From the NCBI GenBank assembly GCA_034676505.1, contig JAUCCB010000001.1, forward strand, positions 2,553,245-2,617,244: a stretch of DNA of 64,000 nucleotides, written 5' to 3'. Positions 56,689 through 64,000 of the stretch are shown here, one piece after another. Source of the DNA: Ginsengibacter sp. (GTDB lineage: Bacteria > Bacteroidota > Bacteroidia > Chitinophagales > Chitinophagaceae). Every line of letters begins with the position of its first letter. Position 1 is the first letter of the stretch. The notes beneath the pieces were generated by a model. The model was not told the DNA's origin. It saw only the letters and a program-made list of their open reading frames with translations, and ran no database searches. The translations under genes were made by a program, and so were the position numbers.

Positions 56689-57153
56689 CTATTTATTTAA
56701 TTCGGTAACATTTTCCGTTTTGTTATTAAAAATCGATTGACCATTATAATTAACTTCCCAAGTTACAGGTAGTGCTTTCTTTAGCATACTGCTTACTCCA
56801 CAATATTTTTCTTGTGAATCTGTAACAGCCTGCAAAGCGGCTTCTTTATCTTCTTCTATTCCTTTGAAATCGTAGATCACATGCACTGCAATATACTCAA
56901 TTGGTGGTCGTTTACTGATTTCACCTACTACCTTCATATCGAATTGCTCAAGATTTTTCTCGGCCTTTCTTAAAATTGCCGCGATATCCATTCCGGTACA
57001 TCCTGCGAGAGCTGTTAGTACAAAGGGTTTCGGAATAGGACCGTTATCTTCGCCGCCTACTTTTTCAGGAGCATCCATGATGATTGTATGTCCATTTATC
57101 AATGCGTTAAATTGCATTTTTCCCATCCATTGTACATCTATTTCGTGTGCCAT
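56689..57153 (-). CDS. OsmC/Ohr family protein (thiol peroxidase-like)
   Basis: 154 aa with the two conserved cysteines in typical contexts (LAGCTGMDI and KYCGVSSML). Confidence 0.88.
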   Translation of the reverse strand: MAHEIDVQWMGKMQFNALINGHTIIMDAPEKVGGEDNGPIPKPFVLTALAGCTGMDIAAILRKAEKNLEQFDMKVVGEISKRPPIEYIAVHVIYDFKGIEEDKEAALQAVTDSQEKYCGVSSMLKKALPVTWEVNYNGQSIFNNKTENVTELNK

Positions 57154-57220
57154 TTTATTTTTATTTTATTTTTTGTTTGATATTTTTCATGTGTTTAAAA
57201 CAGAATTTTATATCTGAATT

Positions 57221-57258
57221 AAAAATTAAAAACTTGACGGCTCCCCAACCGACAAGTC
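57221..57258 (-). terminator. rho-independent terminator after the alcohol dehydrogenase gene
   Basis: On the minus strand, ACTTGTCGG pairs with CCGTCAAGT (one internal mismatch) and TTTTAATTTTT follows. Confidence 0.6.
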
Positions 57259-57273
57259 TTTTGAAAAGAAAAC

Positions 57274-58320
57274 TTACGGCTCAATAATCACTTTCATCGC
57301 TTTTTCTTTTCCTGCATTTCCAAACACTTCGTAGGCTTTCATAATTTCAGCCAATTTAAAATGATGGGTAATTAATTGATCGGGTTGTATTTTATTCGAC
57401 AATACAACTTTCATCAACATAGGTGTGGTATTGGTATTGACCAATCCTGTTCTTAAAGTAATATTTCGAATCCATAGATCTTGAATGTTGAAATTTACAC
57501 TCTTGCCATGTACTCCAAGCACCGCCATATGGCCTCCGGGTCGTACAATTTTTTGACAAACGTCAAATGTTTCCGGCAACCCAACAGCTTCTAACGCTAC
57601 ATCTACCCCATCTTTTGTTTCAGACATTATTTTTTTCACCGCATCTTCTTTTGATGGATTGATAAGATCAGTAGCTCCAAATTTTTTGGCCATTTCCAAA
57701 CGATTCTCATCCATATCAATCATATAAATTTTGGAAGGCGAATAAAAAAGAGAGGTCAACAAAACAGACATTCCAATGGGCCCCGCTCCTACTATTGCTA
57801 TGGTATCACCGGGCTGTACATTTCCATTCAACACACCAATTTCATGACCAGTCGGTAAAATATCACTCAACATCACCAAAGCTTCTTCATCAGAACCTTT
57901 TGGTATAAGATGCAGGCTATTATTGGCGTGTGGGATTCTTACATATTCTGCTTGCGTACCATTAATCAAATGGCCTAATATCCAACCTCCATCTTCACAA
58001 TGAGAATACATTTGTTTTTTGCAATACTCACAAGTACCATCAGAAGTAATACAAGAGATAATTACATGATCGCCTTTTTTAAATTTGCTTACTCCGCTTC
58101 CTACTTCTTCTATTATTCCTACACCTTCGTGACCCAATGTGGTACCGGGTTTGCAGGAAGGCGTTTTCCCATGTATGATTCCCAAATCCGTTCCGCAAAT
58201 AGTGGTTTTAGTAATTTTTACCAAGGCATCTGTTGGTTTTTCAATTTTCGGAATTGGTACTTCCTTTAATTCAATTTTCCCTGAACCGCCGTACACCAAT
58301 GCTTTCATTGTCTCTTTCAT
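57274..58320 (-). CDS. zinc-type NAD(P)-dependent alcohol dehydrogenase (MDR family)
   Basis: It has GHEGVGIIEEVG, the structural zinc cysteines (CEYCKKQMYSHC) and the Rossmann motif VGAGPIG. The start is placed at MKETMKALVYGG. Confidence 0.9.
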   Translation of the reverse strand: MKETMKALVYGGSGKIELKEVPIPKIEKPTDALVKITKTTICGTDLGIIHGKTPSCKPGTTLGHEGVGIIEEVGSGVSKFKKGDHVIISCITSDGTCEYCKKQMYSHCEDGGWILGHLINGTQAEYVRIPHANNSLHLIPKGSDEEALVMLSDILPTGHEIGVLNGNVQPGDTIAIVGAGPIGMSVLLTSLFYSPSKIYMIDMDENRLEMAKKFGATDLINPSKEDAVKKIMSETKDGVDVALEAVGLPETFDVCQKIVRPGGHMAVLGVHGKSVNFNIQDLWIRNITLRTGLVNTNTTPMLMKVVLSNKIQPDQLITHHFKLAEIMKAYEVFGNAGKEKAMKVIIEP

Positions 58321-58493
58321 AATTTTTATTTTAATTAAAAATGTTGATTCGATATTTATTATTTTATTCAAGAAATATCCTCTTTCCGTAATCGATTAAA
58401 GATAGAATTGGTCAATAGATTTAAAAAGGGTACGCATCATCTGAAAAGATGATTGATATCATGAATGCCAACAAATGCAGGTAGAGAAAGCTT

Positions 58494-60164
58494 TTAAATA
58501 GTTTCGGCAATAATCATTTCTGCTCTGTTAATCGCTTTTTCAAATGTGTCAATTACATTTCCTTTGCCGATTGAAAATAATAAACGACTATCATTTAATT
58601 CTTTGAAAACTTGTGGAGTGTTTAATTCTGAAAGAATCAATTTGGTGCCATGTTTTTTTAAATCATTATGCACTTCTTGTAACACTTGAATTCCGGTGGC
58701 ATCAATTAATGGTACATGACGCATTCGAATGATCATAACTTTTGGTTGTTTTTCTAAATATCGCATTGCGTCTTTAAATTTATATGCCGCACCAAAAAAT
58801 AAAGGACCGGTTATTTCAAAAATATCTACGCCTTTTGGAATTTCAAATTTTCCTTCAATCAAATCGTACCCAAATTGTTCATCATCAATTTCTTCTGTGT
58901 AAGTGCGTACCCCACTGAATTTGATCATATTTCTTGTAAATAAAAATGCCGCCAATACAATTCCTACTTCGATGGCAACTGTTAGGTCTACTAAAACGGT
59001 CAATAAAAAAGTAATGAGTAAAACGAGCACATCTCCTTTAGGCCCTTTTAATATCGAACGAAAATTTTTCCATTCACTCATGTTGTAAGCCACTATCACT
59101 AAGATTCCTGCAAGATTAGCAATCGGAATATAAGAAGCCCAACGGCCTGCTACTACTAAAATTAATAAAAGCGTAATCGCGTGAACAATTCCTGCAATAG
59201 GTGTACGCCCACCATTTTTTACATTCGTAGCGGTTCTCGCAATGGCGCCGGTGGCAGGTATTCCACCGAATAAGGAAGAAAAAATATTGGCCGTTCCTTG
59301 TGCAATTAATTCTGTATTCGAGCGATGATTTCCGCTAATCATACCATCTGCAACTACTGCCGATAAAAGTGATTCGATGGCTCCCAACATCGCAATCGTA
59401 AAAGCAGGTTGAATTAATTGTTTGAACGTCGCAAAATCAACCCAAGGAATGGTAGGCATTGGAATAGAAGAAGAAATAACACCAAAGCGGCTACCAATGG
59501 TCTCTACAGGCAATTGAAAAAATTGTACTGCAACGGTTGTTACCAAAATTGCAATTAAAGATCCGGGGATTTTTTTATTGATCTTAGGCCAAAACAAAAT
59601 AATGAGAATAGTAGAAACCGCTATCGCTATTGCATACAGATTGACAGAACTAATATTGAGAAAAAAAGCTTTCCATTTTTCTAAAAAATCTGCCGGCACC
59701 GATTCCATTGAAAGGCCTAAAAAATCTTTTACTTGTGAGGAAAAAATAATTAAAGCAATACCGCTTGTGAAACCAATAATCAAAGGATGCGGAATATATT
59801 TGATAACTGTTCCTAATCTTGCCAAACCCATAATGATGAGCATAATGCCCGCCATTAGCGTTGCAACGATTAATCCGCTTACTCCATACATTTGAACAAT
59901 TCCGTACACTACTACAATAAAAGCTCCGGTAGGCCCACCAATTTGAACACGGCTTCCTCCTAAAATAGCCACAATGAAACCCGCTACCACTGCGGTGATC
60001 AATCCTTTCTCGGGAGTAACTCCTGAAGCGATTGCAAATGCAATCGCGAGAGGCAAAGCGACTACACCAACAATAATCCCTGCAAACACATCATTGGATA
60101 ATTGTTTATTAGAATAATTTTTGAAAGCATCTAAAATCTTCGGCCTAAATATGCTTTTCATCAT
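58494..60164 (-). CDS. SulP family inorganic anion transporter with C-terminal STAS domain
   Basis: 556 aa with a polytopic SulP core (AGIIVGVVALPLAIAFAIASG) and a C-terminal STAS-like domain (IIRMRHVPLIDATGIQVL). Confidence 0.92.
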   Translation of the reverse strand: MMKSIFRPKILDAFKNYSNKQLSNDVFAGIIVGVVALPLAIAFAIASGVTPEKGLITAVVAGFIVAILGGSRVQIGGPTGAFIVVVYGIVQMYGVSGLIVATLMAGIMLIIMGLARLGTVIKYIPHPLIIGFTSGIALIIFSSQVKDFLGLSMESVPADFLEKWKAFFLNISSVNLYAIAIAVSTILIILFWPKINKKIPGSLIAILVTTVAVQFFQLPVETIGSRFGVISSSIPMPTIPWVDFATFKQLIQPAFTIAMLGAIESLLSAVVADGMISGNHRSNTELIAQGTANIFSSLFGGIPATGAIARTATNVKNGGRTPIAGIVHAITLLLILVVAGRWASYIPIANLAGILVIVAYNMSEWKNFRSILKGPKGDVLVLLITFLLTVLVDLTVAIEVGIVLAAFLFTRNMIKFSGVRTYTEEIDDEQFGYDLIEGKFEIPKGVDIFEITGPLFFGAAYKFKDAMRYLEKQPKVMIIRMRHVPLIDATGIQVLQEVHNDLKKHGTKLILSELNTPQVFKELNDSRLLFSIGKGNVIDTFEKAINRAEMIIAETI

Positions 60165-60331
60165 TTGGGGTATAATTTATTTTTCTTCCAATTAAATCAA
60201 TTACAAAGCAAAAGTGGAATAATAAATTGGAATGATGTTTAAATTTGTTGAAAGCAAAGGTTGCTTTTGTTTGCTTAAAATAAAGTAAGAGAATTTTTAA
60301 AAAATTTTTTGACAAACATTCGCTTGGAAAA

Positions 60332-60796
60332 TCAGTAAACATTTTCTGTTTTCCAATTTTTTCGATCTAAAGCATTTTTAAAATGTTTTGATTCTAATTC
60401 TGTGTGTGGTTCTACAGCACATACTGCTGAAGGCTTTCCTTCGTTGTCTATGGCCACAAATGTAAAGTAGGCCTCACAGATAATTCTTTTTTCGGTGGTT
60501 AAAACATCACGAACAGATGCTTGAACAAAAATTTCCATTGATGTGGAAAATGCGCGTGTAACTGATGCAATAATTTCTATAATACCGCCCACGTTGGCAG
60601 CGGCTTTAAAATTGATCTCATGCATACTGGCTGTTACACAAATTTTACCCGAATGAGTTTGTGCACAAACTGCGGCTGCAATATCCATCCAATCCACCAA
60701 ACGCCCGCCTTTCAATAAACCCAAAGGATTGGTATCATTTGGACAAACCACTTCAGTTTTTATTGTTCTGGAAAAAGAAGGACTTTTTGATTCCAT
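60332..60796 (-). CDS. hotdog-fold acyl-CoA thioesterase (YciA-like)
   Basis: 154 aa with the PNDTNPLGLLKGGRLVDWMDIAA motif typical of the 4HBT/acyl-CoA hydrolase family. Confidence 0.82.
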   Translation of the reverse strand: MESKSPSFSRTIKTEVVCPNDTNPLGLLKGGRLVDWMDIAAAVCAQTHSGKICVTASMHEINFKAAANVGGIIEIIASVTRAFSTSMEIFVQASVRDVLTTEKRIICEAYFTFVAIDNEGKPSAVCAVEPHTELESKHFKNALDRKNWKTENVY

Positions 60797-61003
60797 ATAT
60801 TGAAGATTTTGATTTCTTACAATTCTATTAGAAGATATTAACTCAATCTACTTGTCGATAATGCCATTCGAAAATAGACGCAATCAAATTTAAATAAATA
60901 AAGGATACTAATATCCTAATTAGACAAAAATTATAAATAACCAGATTTATTACAATCATGTTATTAACTGCTCTACGTCATAAAATTGGGATTAGCTCCT
61001 GTA

Positions 61004-61011
61004 TAGATTTG
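61004..61011 (+). promoter_or_regulatory. Bacteroidota-type -7 promoter box for the YceI cluster
   Basis: TAGATTTG matches TAnnTTTG and lies 30 nt upstream of the ATG at 61041. Confidence 0.45.
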
Positions 61012-61040
61012 CAGTTCAATAACAATAAAAATATCAAACC

Positions 61041-61649
61041 ATGAAAACAAATAAAAAAACTACAATGCTCCCCTTCTCTTTTAAAGCTCTCTTGAGTTTT
61101 GGGATATTGATTATGGCTTTCGGCCTACAAAGCACATGGGCACAAACTTTCAAAACTTCTGTTGGAGAAATTACCGTAGCAGGTTCTTCCAATGTTCACG
61201 ATTGGACAATGAAGTCATCATCCGGAAATGTTACTGCGCTCTTTGTTGAAAATGGCGGTGAAGTGAACAGCATTAAATCTCTTGATTTTTCTATGCTAGT
61301 AAAAACATTAAAGAGTGAACATTCTTCAATGGATTCAAGAACCTACAAAACATTGAATGCAGACAAATTTGATAAAATAACTTACAAATTATCTTCAGCA
61401 ACAGTTGTTCCCGGAGCTCAGAAAGGAAAGTTCATTATCAAAAGTGAAGGAGTATTAACCATTTCAGGTGCCAGTAAAAACATTTCTATGATAGTAAATG
61501 GAATAATGAATGCAGATGGCAGCATCCAACTATCAGGAAATTACAAATTCAAAATGTCTGAATTTAAAATTGCACCTCCTTCATTTATGTTAGGCGCTAT
61601 GAAAGTGTACGACGATTTGACAATCAGTTTTAATCTTAAACTAAAATAA
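61041..61649 (+). CDS. YceI-like periplasmic/lipid-binding family protein
   Basis: 202 aa with a signal peptide (AFGLQSTWAQ) and beta-rich YceI-like features (GSSNVHDWTM ... FKMSEFKIAPP). Confidence 0.7.
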   Translation: MKTNKKTTMLPFSFKALLSFGILIMAFGLQSTWAQTFKTSVGEITVAGSSNVHDWTMKSSSGNVTALFVENGGEVNSIKSLDFSMLVKTLKSEHSSMDSRTYKTLNADKFDKITYKLSSATVVPGAQKGKFIIKSEGVLTISGASKNISMIVNGIMNADGSIQLSGNYKFKMSEFKIAPPSFMLGAMKVYDDLTISFNLKLK

Positions 61650-61699
61650 ATATTCACTAACAATTAAAATTATTACCCAAAACAACTAACACAATTATT

Positions 61700-63007
61700 A
61701 TGAAAAAGAAAATTTTAAACGGCCTTAAAAGTGCAATACTTCTATTGTTTTTAGCACCCTTCGCCGCAAATGCACAGATGCCTCACATTTCCAACTTGAG
61801 GCCCTACGATCAAACCGGCATCAACGTTTTTGAAACACCGAAAGATAATGGACCAAGCACCTTTACCGGTCTAAAAGTTAGATTTGGTGCAGGTTTTACA
61901 CAATCTTTCCAATCTTTAAAACATGAAACTCAATCAACTACTCCGGGAAACACTCTTTATAAAATAACTCCCGGTTTCAACACTGCGAATGCGAATTTAT
62001 TTATGGATGTACAATTAGCAGATGGAATAAGATTAAACTTAACCAGTTATTTGTCTTCTCGTCACCACAACGAAACTTGGGTAAAAGGCGGATACATTCA
62101 ATTTGATAAACTTCCATTCAAAGGTAAATTTTGGAGCGATTTGATGGAATTTACAACCATCAAAGTCGGTCACATGGAAATCAACTATGGTGATGCACAC
62201 TTTAGAAGATCAGATGGAGGACAAACCATTTACAATCCTTTTGTTGAAAACTACATCTTGGATGGTTTCAATACAGAAATTGGCGGTGAAGTGTATGTAC
62301 AGAAAAATGGTCTTTTTGGAATGCTTGGTGTTTCTAACGGCATGATCAAAGGAAATATAGATGAGTTAACTCCTACTCCACAAGATGCTAATATTCATAA
62401 ATCTCCGGCCATTTATTTAAAAGCAGGGATAGATAAAAAAGTAAATGATCAATTGAGAGTTCGTGTTACCGGTTCTTATTATCATGATGCAAGTTCCGGT
62501 GGAAATACCCTTTACGGAGGAGATCGTACCGGATCTAATTACTTTATGGTAATGGAAAAAACAGGCGCAACTTATGCAGGCAATGCCTTCTCAGGAAGAT
62601 TGAATCCCGGTTTTTCTAAAAAAGTAGATGCATTTCAATTGAATGGGTTCGTCAAAGCATCAGGATTTGAATTCTTTGGTACTTATGAAAATGCAAACGG
62701 AAGATCTAAAAATGAAGTATCAACAAGAAAAGTTTCTCAATATGCACTTGACGGAATTTATCGTTTTGGAAAAGAAGAAGATTTATTTTTAGGAGTACGA
62801 TATAATTCAGTAACTGCAAGAATGCCCGGTGCAACAACTGATGTAGAAATCAATCGTTTCGCTGTGGGTGCAGGATGGTTCTTGACAAAAAATATTTTAT
62901 TGAAAGGCGAATACGTGAATCAAAAATATTTAAAATATGCCCCAACCGACCTTAACTATGGCGGTAAATTCTATGGCTACGTAATACAAGCCGTAGTGGG
63001 ATTCTAA
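61700..63007 (+). CDS. outer-membrane beta-barrel (porin-like) protein
   Basis: 435 aa with a signal peptide (LAPFAANAQ), alternating amphipathic beta-strand character throughout, and a C-terminal aromatic residue (VVGF). Confidence 0.6.
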   Translation: MKKKILNGLKSAILLLFLAPFAANAQMPHISNLRPYDQTGINVFETPKDNGPSTFTGLKVRFGAGFTQSFQSLKHETQSTTPGNTLYKITPGFNTANANLFMDVQLADGIRLNLTSYLSSRHHNETWVKGGYIQFDKLPFKGKFWSDLMEFTTIKVGHMEINYGDAHFRRSDGGQTIYNPFVENYILDGFNTEIGGEVYVQKNGLFGMLGVSNGMIKGNIDELTPTPQDANIHKSPAIYLKAGIDKKVNDQLRVRVTGSYYHDASSGGNTLYGGDRTGSNYFMVMEKTGATYAGNAFSGRLNPGFSKKVDAFQLNGFVKASGFEFFGTYENANGRSKNEVSTRKVSQYALDGIYRFGKEEDLFLGVRYNSVTARMPGATTDVEINRFAVGAGWFLTKNILLKGEYVNQKYLKYAPTDLNYGGKFYGYVIQAVVGF

Positions 63008-63030
63008 ACATCTCTTATGAGAATTAAAAG

Positions 63031-63064
63031 GGCCGGCCTAAAGTATTTTAGAACCGGCCTTTTT
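63031..63064 (+). terminator. rho-independent terminator after the porin-like gene
   Basis: GGCCGG (63031-63036) pairs with CCGGCC (63054-63059). An inner CTAAA/TTTAG extension is present and T5 follows. Confidence 0.8.
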
Positions 63065-63097
63065 TAAATGTAATTGAACTAAGTTCACACTTTCATT

Positions 63098-63706
63098 ATG
63101 CTCAAAAAAGAAACATTTTCATTGGTTGCTATTTTTTTTGTCGTTACCTCTTTTATGGTTAATGCACAATCTAAAACATTGTCTACCATGAAATGGGTAT
63201 TGATTGAAAATGGATCTTTAAGTGTAGGCGGAAGTACCAATGTAAACAAATTCAATTGCGATATTAGCAATTATACCAATCATGATACGATCGTTTTAAA
63301 TAAAACGAATTCAAATATCATCCTTCGAGGCGATGTAAATTTAGAGATCAATACTTTTGATTGCCATCACTTGCTTATGACAAAGGATTTAAGGAAAACG
63401 CTGAAAGCAAAAGAGTTTCCTCAATTAAAAATAACCTTTCTTACACTCAATAAATATCCCAATTTTAAAGTATCATCCGATATTATTACCGGATGGGTAG
63501 AAATACAACTCGCTGGTGCTACAAAGAAATTTGAGGTTACCTACAAATTTTCCATGGGGTCGGATAAAGTAATTAGAATGGTTGGAAATAAAGTGGTCAA
63601 TTTTACAGATTTTAATTTAGTTCCTCCAAGAAAAGTGGGCGGTATGATTAAAACCAATGACGCACTCAATATAGAATTCAGATTAAATTTCAAAGAATTG
63701 GATTAG
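63098..63706 (+). CDS. second YceI-like family protein
   Basis: 202 aa with a signal peptide (SFMVNAQ) and the same length and layout as the first YceI-like ORF (GGSTNVNKFNC ... FTDFNLVPP). Confidence 0.55.
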   Translation: MLKKETFSLVAIFFVVTSFMVNAQSKTLSTMKWVLIENGSLSVGGSTNVNKFNCDISNYTNHDTIVLNKTNSNIILRGDVNLEINTFDCHHLLMTKDLRKTLKAKEFPQLKITFLTLNKYPNFKVSSDIITGWVEIQLAGATKKFEVTYKFSMGSDKVIRMVGNKVVNFTDFNLVPPRKVGGMIKTNDALNIEFRLNFKELD

Positions 63707-63998
63707 CAGTTGACGGATTTAATTTCGCCAAAATCAAACCTGCTACAAAGGCTTGAATTAATCCGTAAAAAAACCAACTCGATACCATTAATACGGTAAT
63801 ATCCATTGCGCTAAATGTAATCCACATTACAGGTAATAAAGCAATCAAAGCATAGGTTAATCCAAAATAAAGCGCTTTCAAAAAAAGCGGGCCATGATAT
63901 AATCCTCTAAACCTATCCCAAAACCATGAAAGTGCCATGCTGATAATAAAAGCATGCATATAGAAAAGAAGATCTCTTTCACCATCGGAACTAAACAA
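63690..63998 (-). CDS. polytopic membrane protein, 5'-truncated by window edge
   Basis: The hydrophobic ORF is open to the window end and has about 3 predicted helices. It overlaps the convergent YceI-like gene by 17 nt. No family was recognised. Confidence 0.35.
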   Translation of the reverse strand: MFSSDGERDLLFYMHAFIISMALSWFWDRFRGLYHGPLFLKALYFGLTYALIALLPVMWITFSAMDITVLMVSSWFFYGLIQAFVAGLILAKLNPSTANPIL

Positions 63999-64000
63999 AG

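Noticed and set aside
60252-60276. 7-bp hairpin (AAGCAAA ... TTTGCTT) downstream of the thioesterase gene as a terminator.
   Set aside because: It has an 11-nt loop and no U-run on either strand, so it is not convincing as an intrinsic terminator.
60145-60342. 65-aa minus-strand ORF spanning the SulP/thioesterase spacer.
   Set aside because: It overlaps the start of SulP and the stop of the thioesterase gene. It has AT-rich spacer composition and no supporting features.
1-64000. Searched by eye for CRISPR arrays, rRNA/tRNA genes, transposases, integrases, phage genes, restriction-modification genes, toxin-antitoxin pairs and known defence-system ATPases/nucleases.
   Set aside because: I found no direct-repeat/spacer arrays, no tRNA-like T-arm sequences in the spacers, and no ORF with recombinase, methyltransferase (other than the SpoU rRNA enzyme) or defence-type motifs. 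This was a visual scan only, so short elements could have been missed.

Overview
AT-rich, densely coding chromosomal segment (GC content not computed). The gene content looks like a Bacteroidota genome: a panC / short GlgA-like / DUF4270-like block, a GSCFA protein, a fused E1 alpha/beta dehydrogenase, DsbD, a DUF3494 protein, and several TAnnTTTG -7 promoter boxes. I support about 55 protein-coding genes. Most of 0-44 kb is housekeeping: ribH, panC, metK, rlmB-like, gyrA, fsa, nnr, hppA, peptidases and dehydrogenases. I saw no rRNA, tRNA, CRISPR array, transposase, integrase, or recognisable defence, toxin-antitoxin or restriction-modification genes. The accessory-looking part is about 44.8-63.7 kb. 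It holds a heavy-metal RND operon whose pump is fused in frame to a TolC-like factor. It also holds a large OmpA-family protein and a lipoprotein with five tandem B-repeat-like modules ending in a DUF3494 (ice-binding-like) domain. Next come a 477-bp gene-free but structured spacer and a tight operon of OsmC, a Cys-motif mini-membrane protein, rhodanese and a second Cys-motif mini-membrane protein. Zn-ADH, SulP, a thioesterase and a YceI-porin-YceI cluster complete the stretch. I could not find a clear multi-gene undescribed system. The best candidates for undescribed biology are: (1) the 550-aa membrane-anchored protein with a very long acidic linker and a C-terminal PD-(D/E)xK-like module (34.8-36.5 kb); (2) the CzcA-TolC fusion, whose junction keeps a start codon plus signal peptide and depends on an A7 homopolymer; (3) the lipid-anchored, repeat-stalked ice-binding-like protein; (4) the rhodanese / Cys-motif mini-protein operon. 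All functional calls come from motif and family recognition on the translated ORFs and from remembered synteny. No database search was run, so family names should be confirmed with HMM or BLAST searches.
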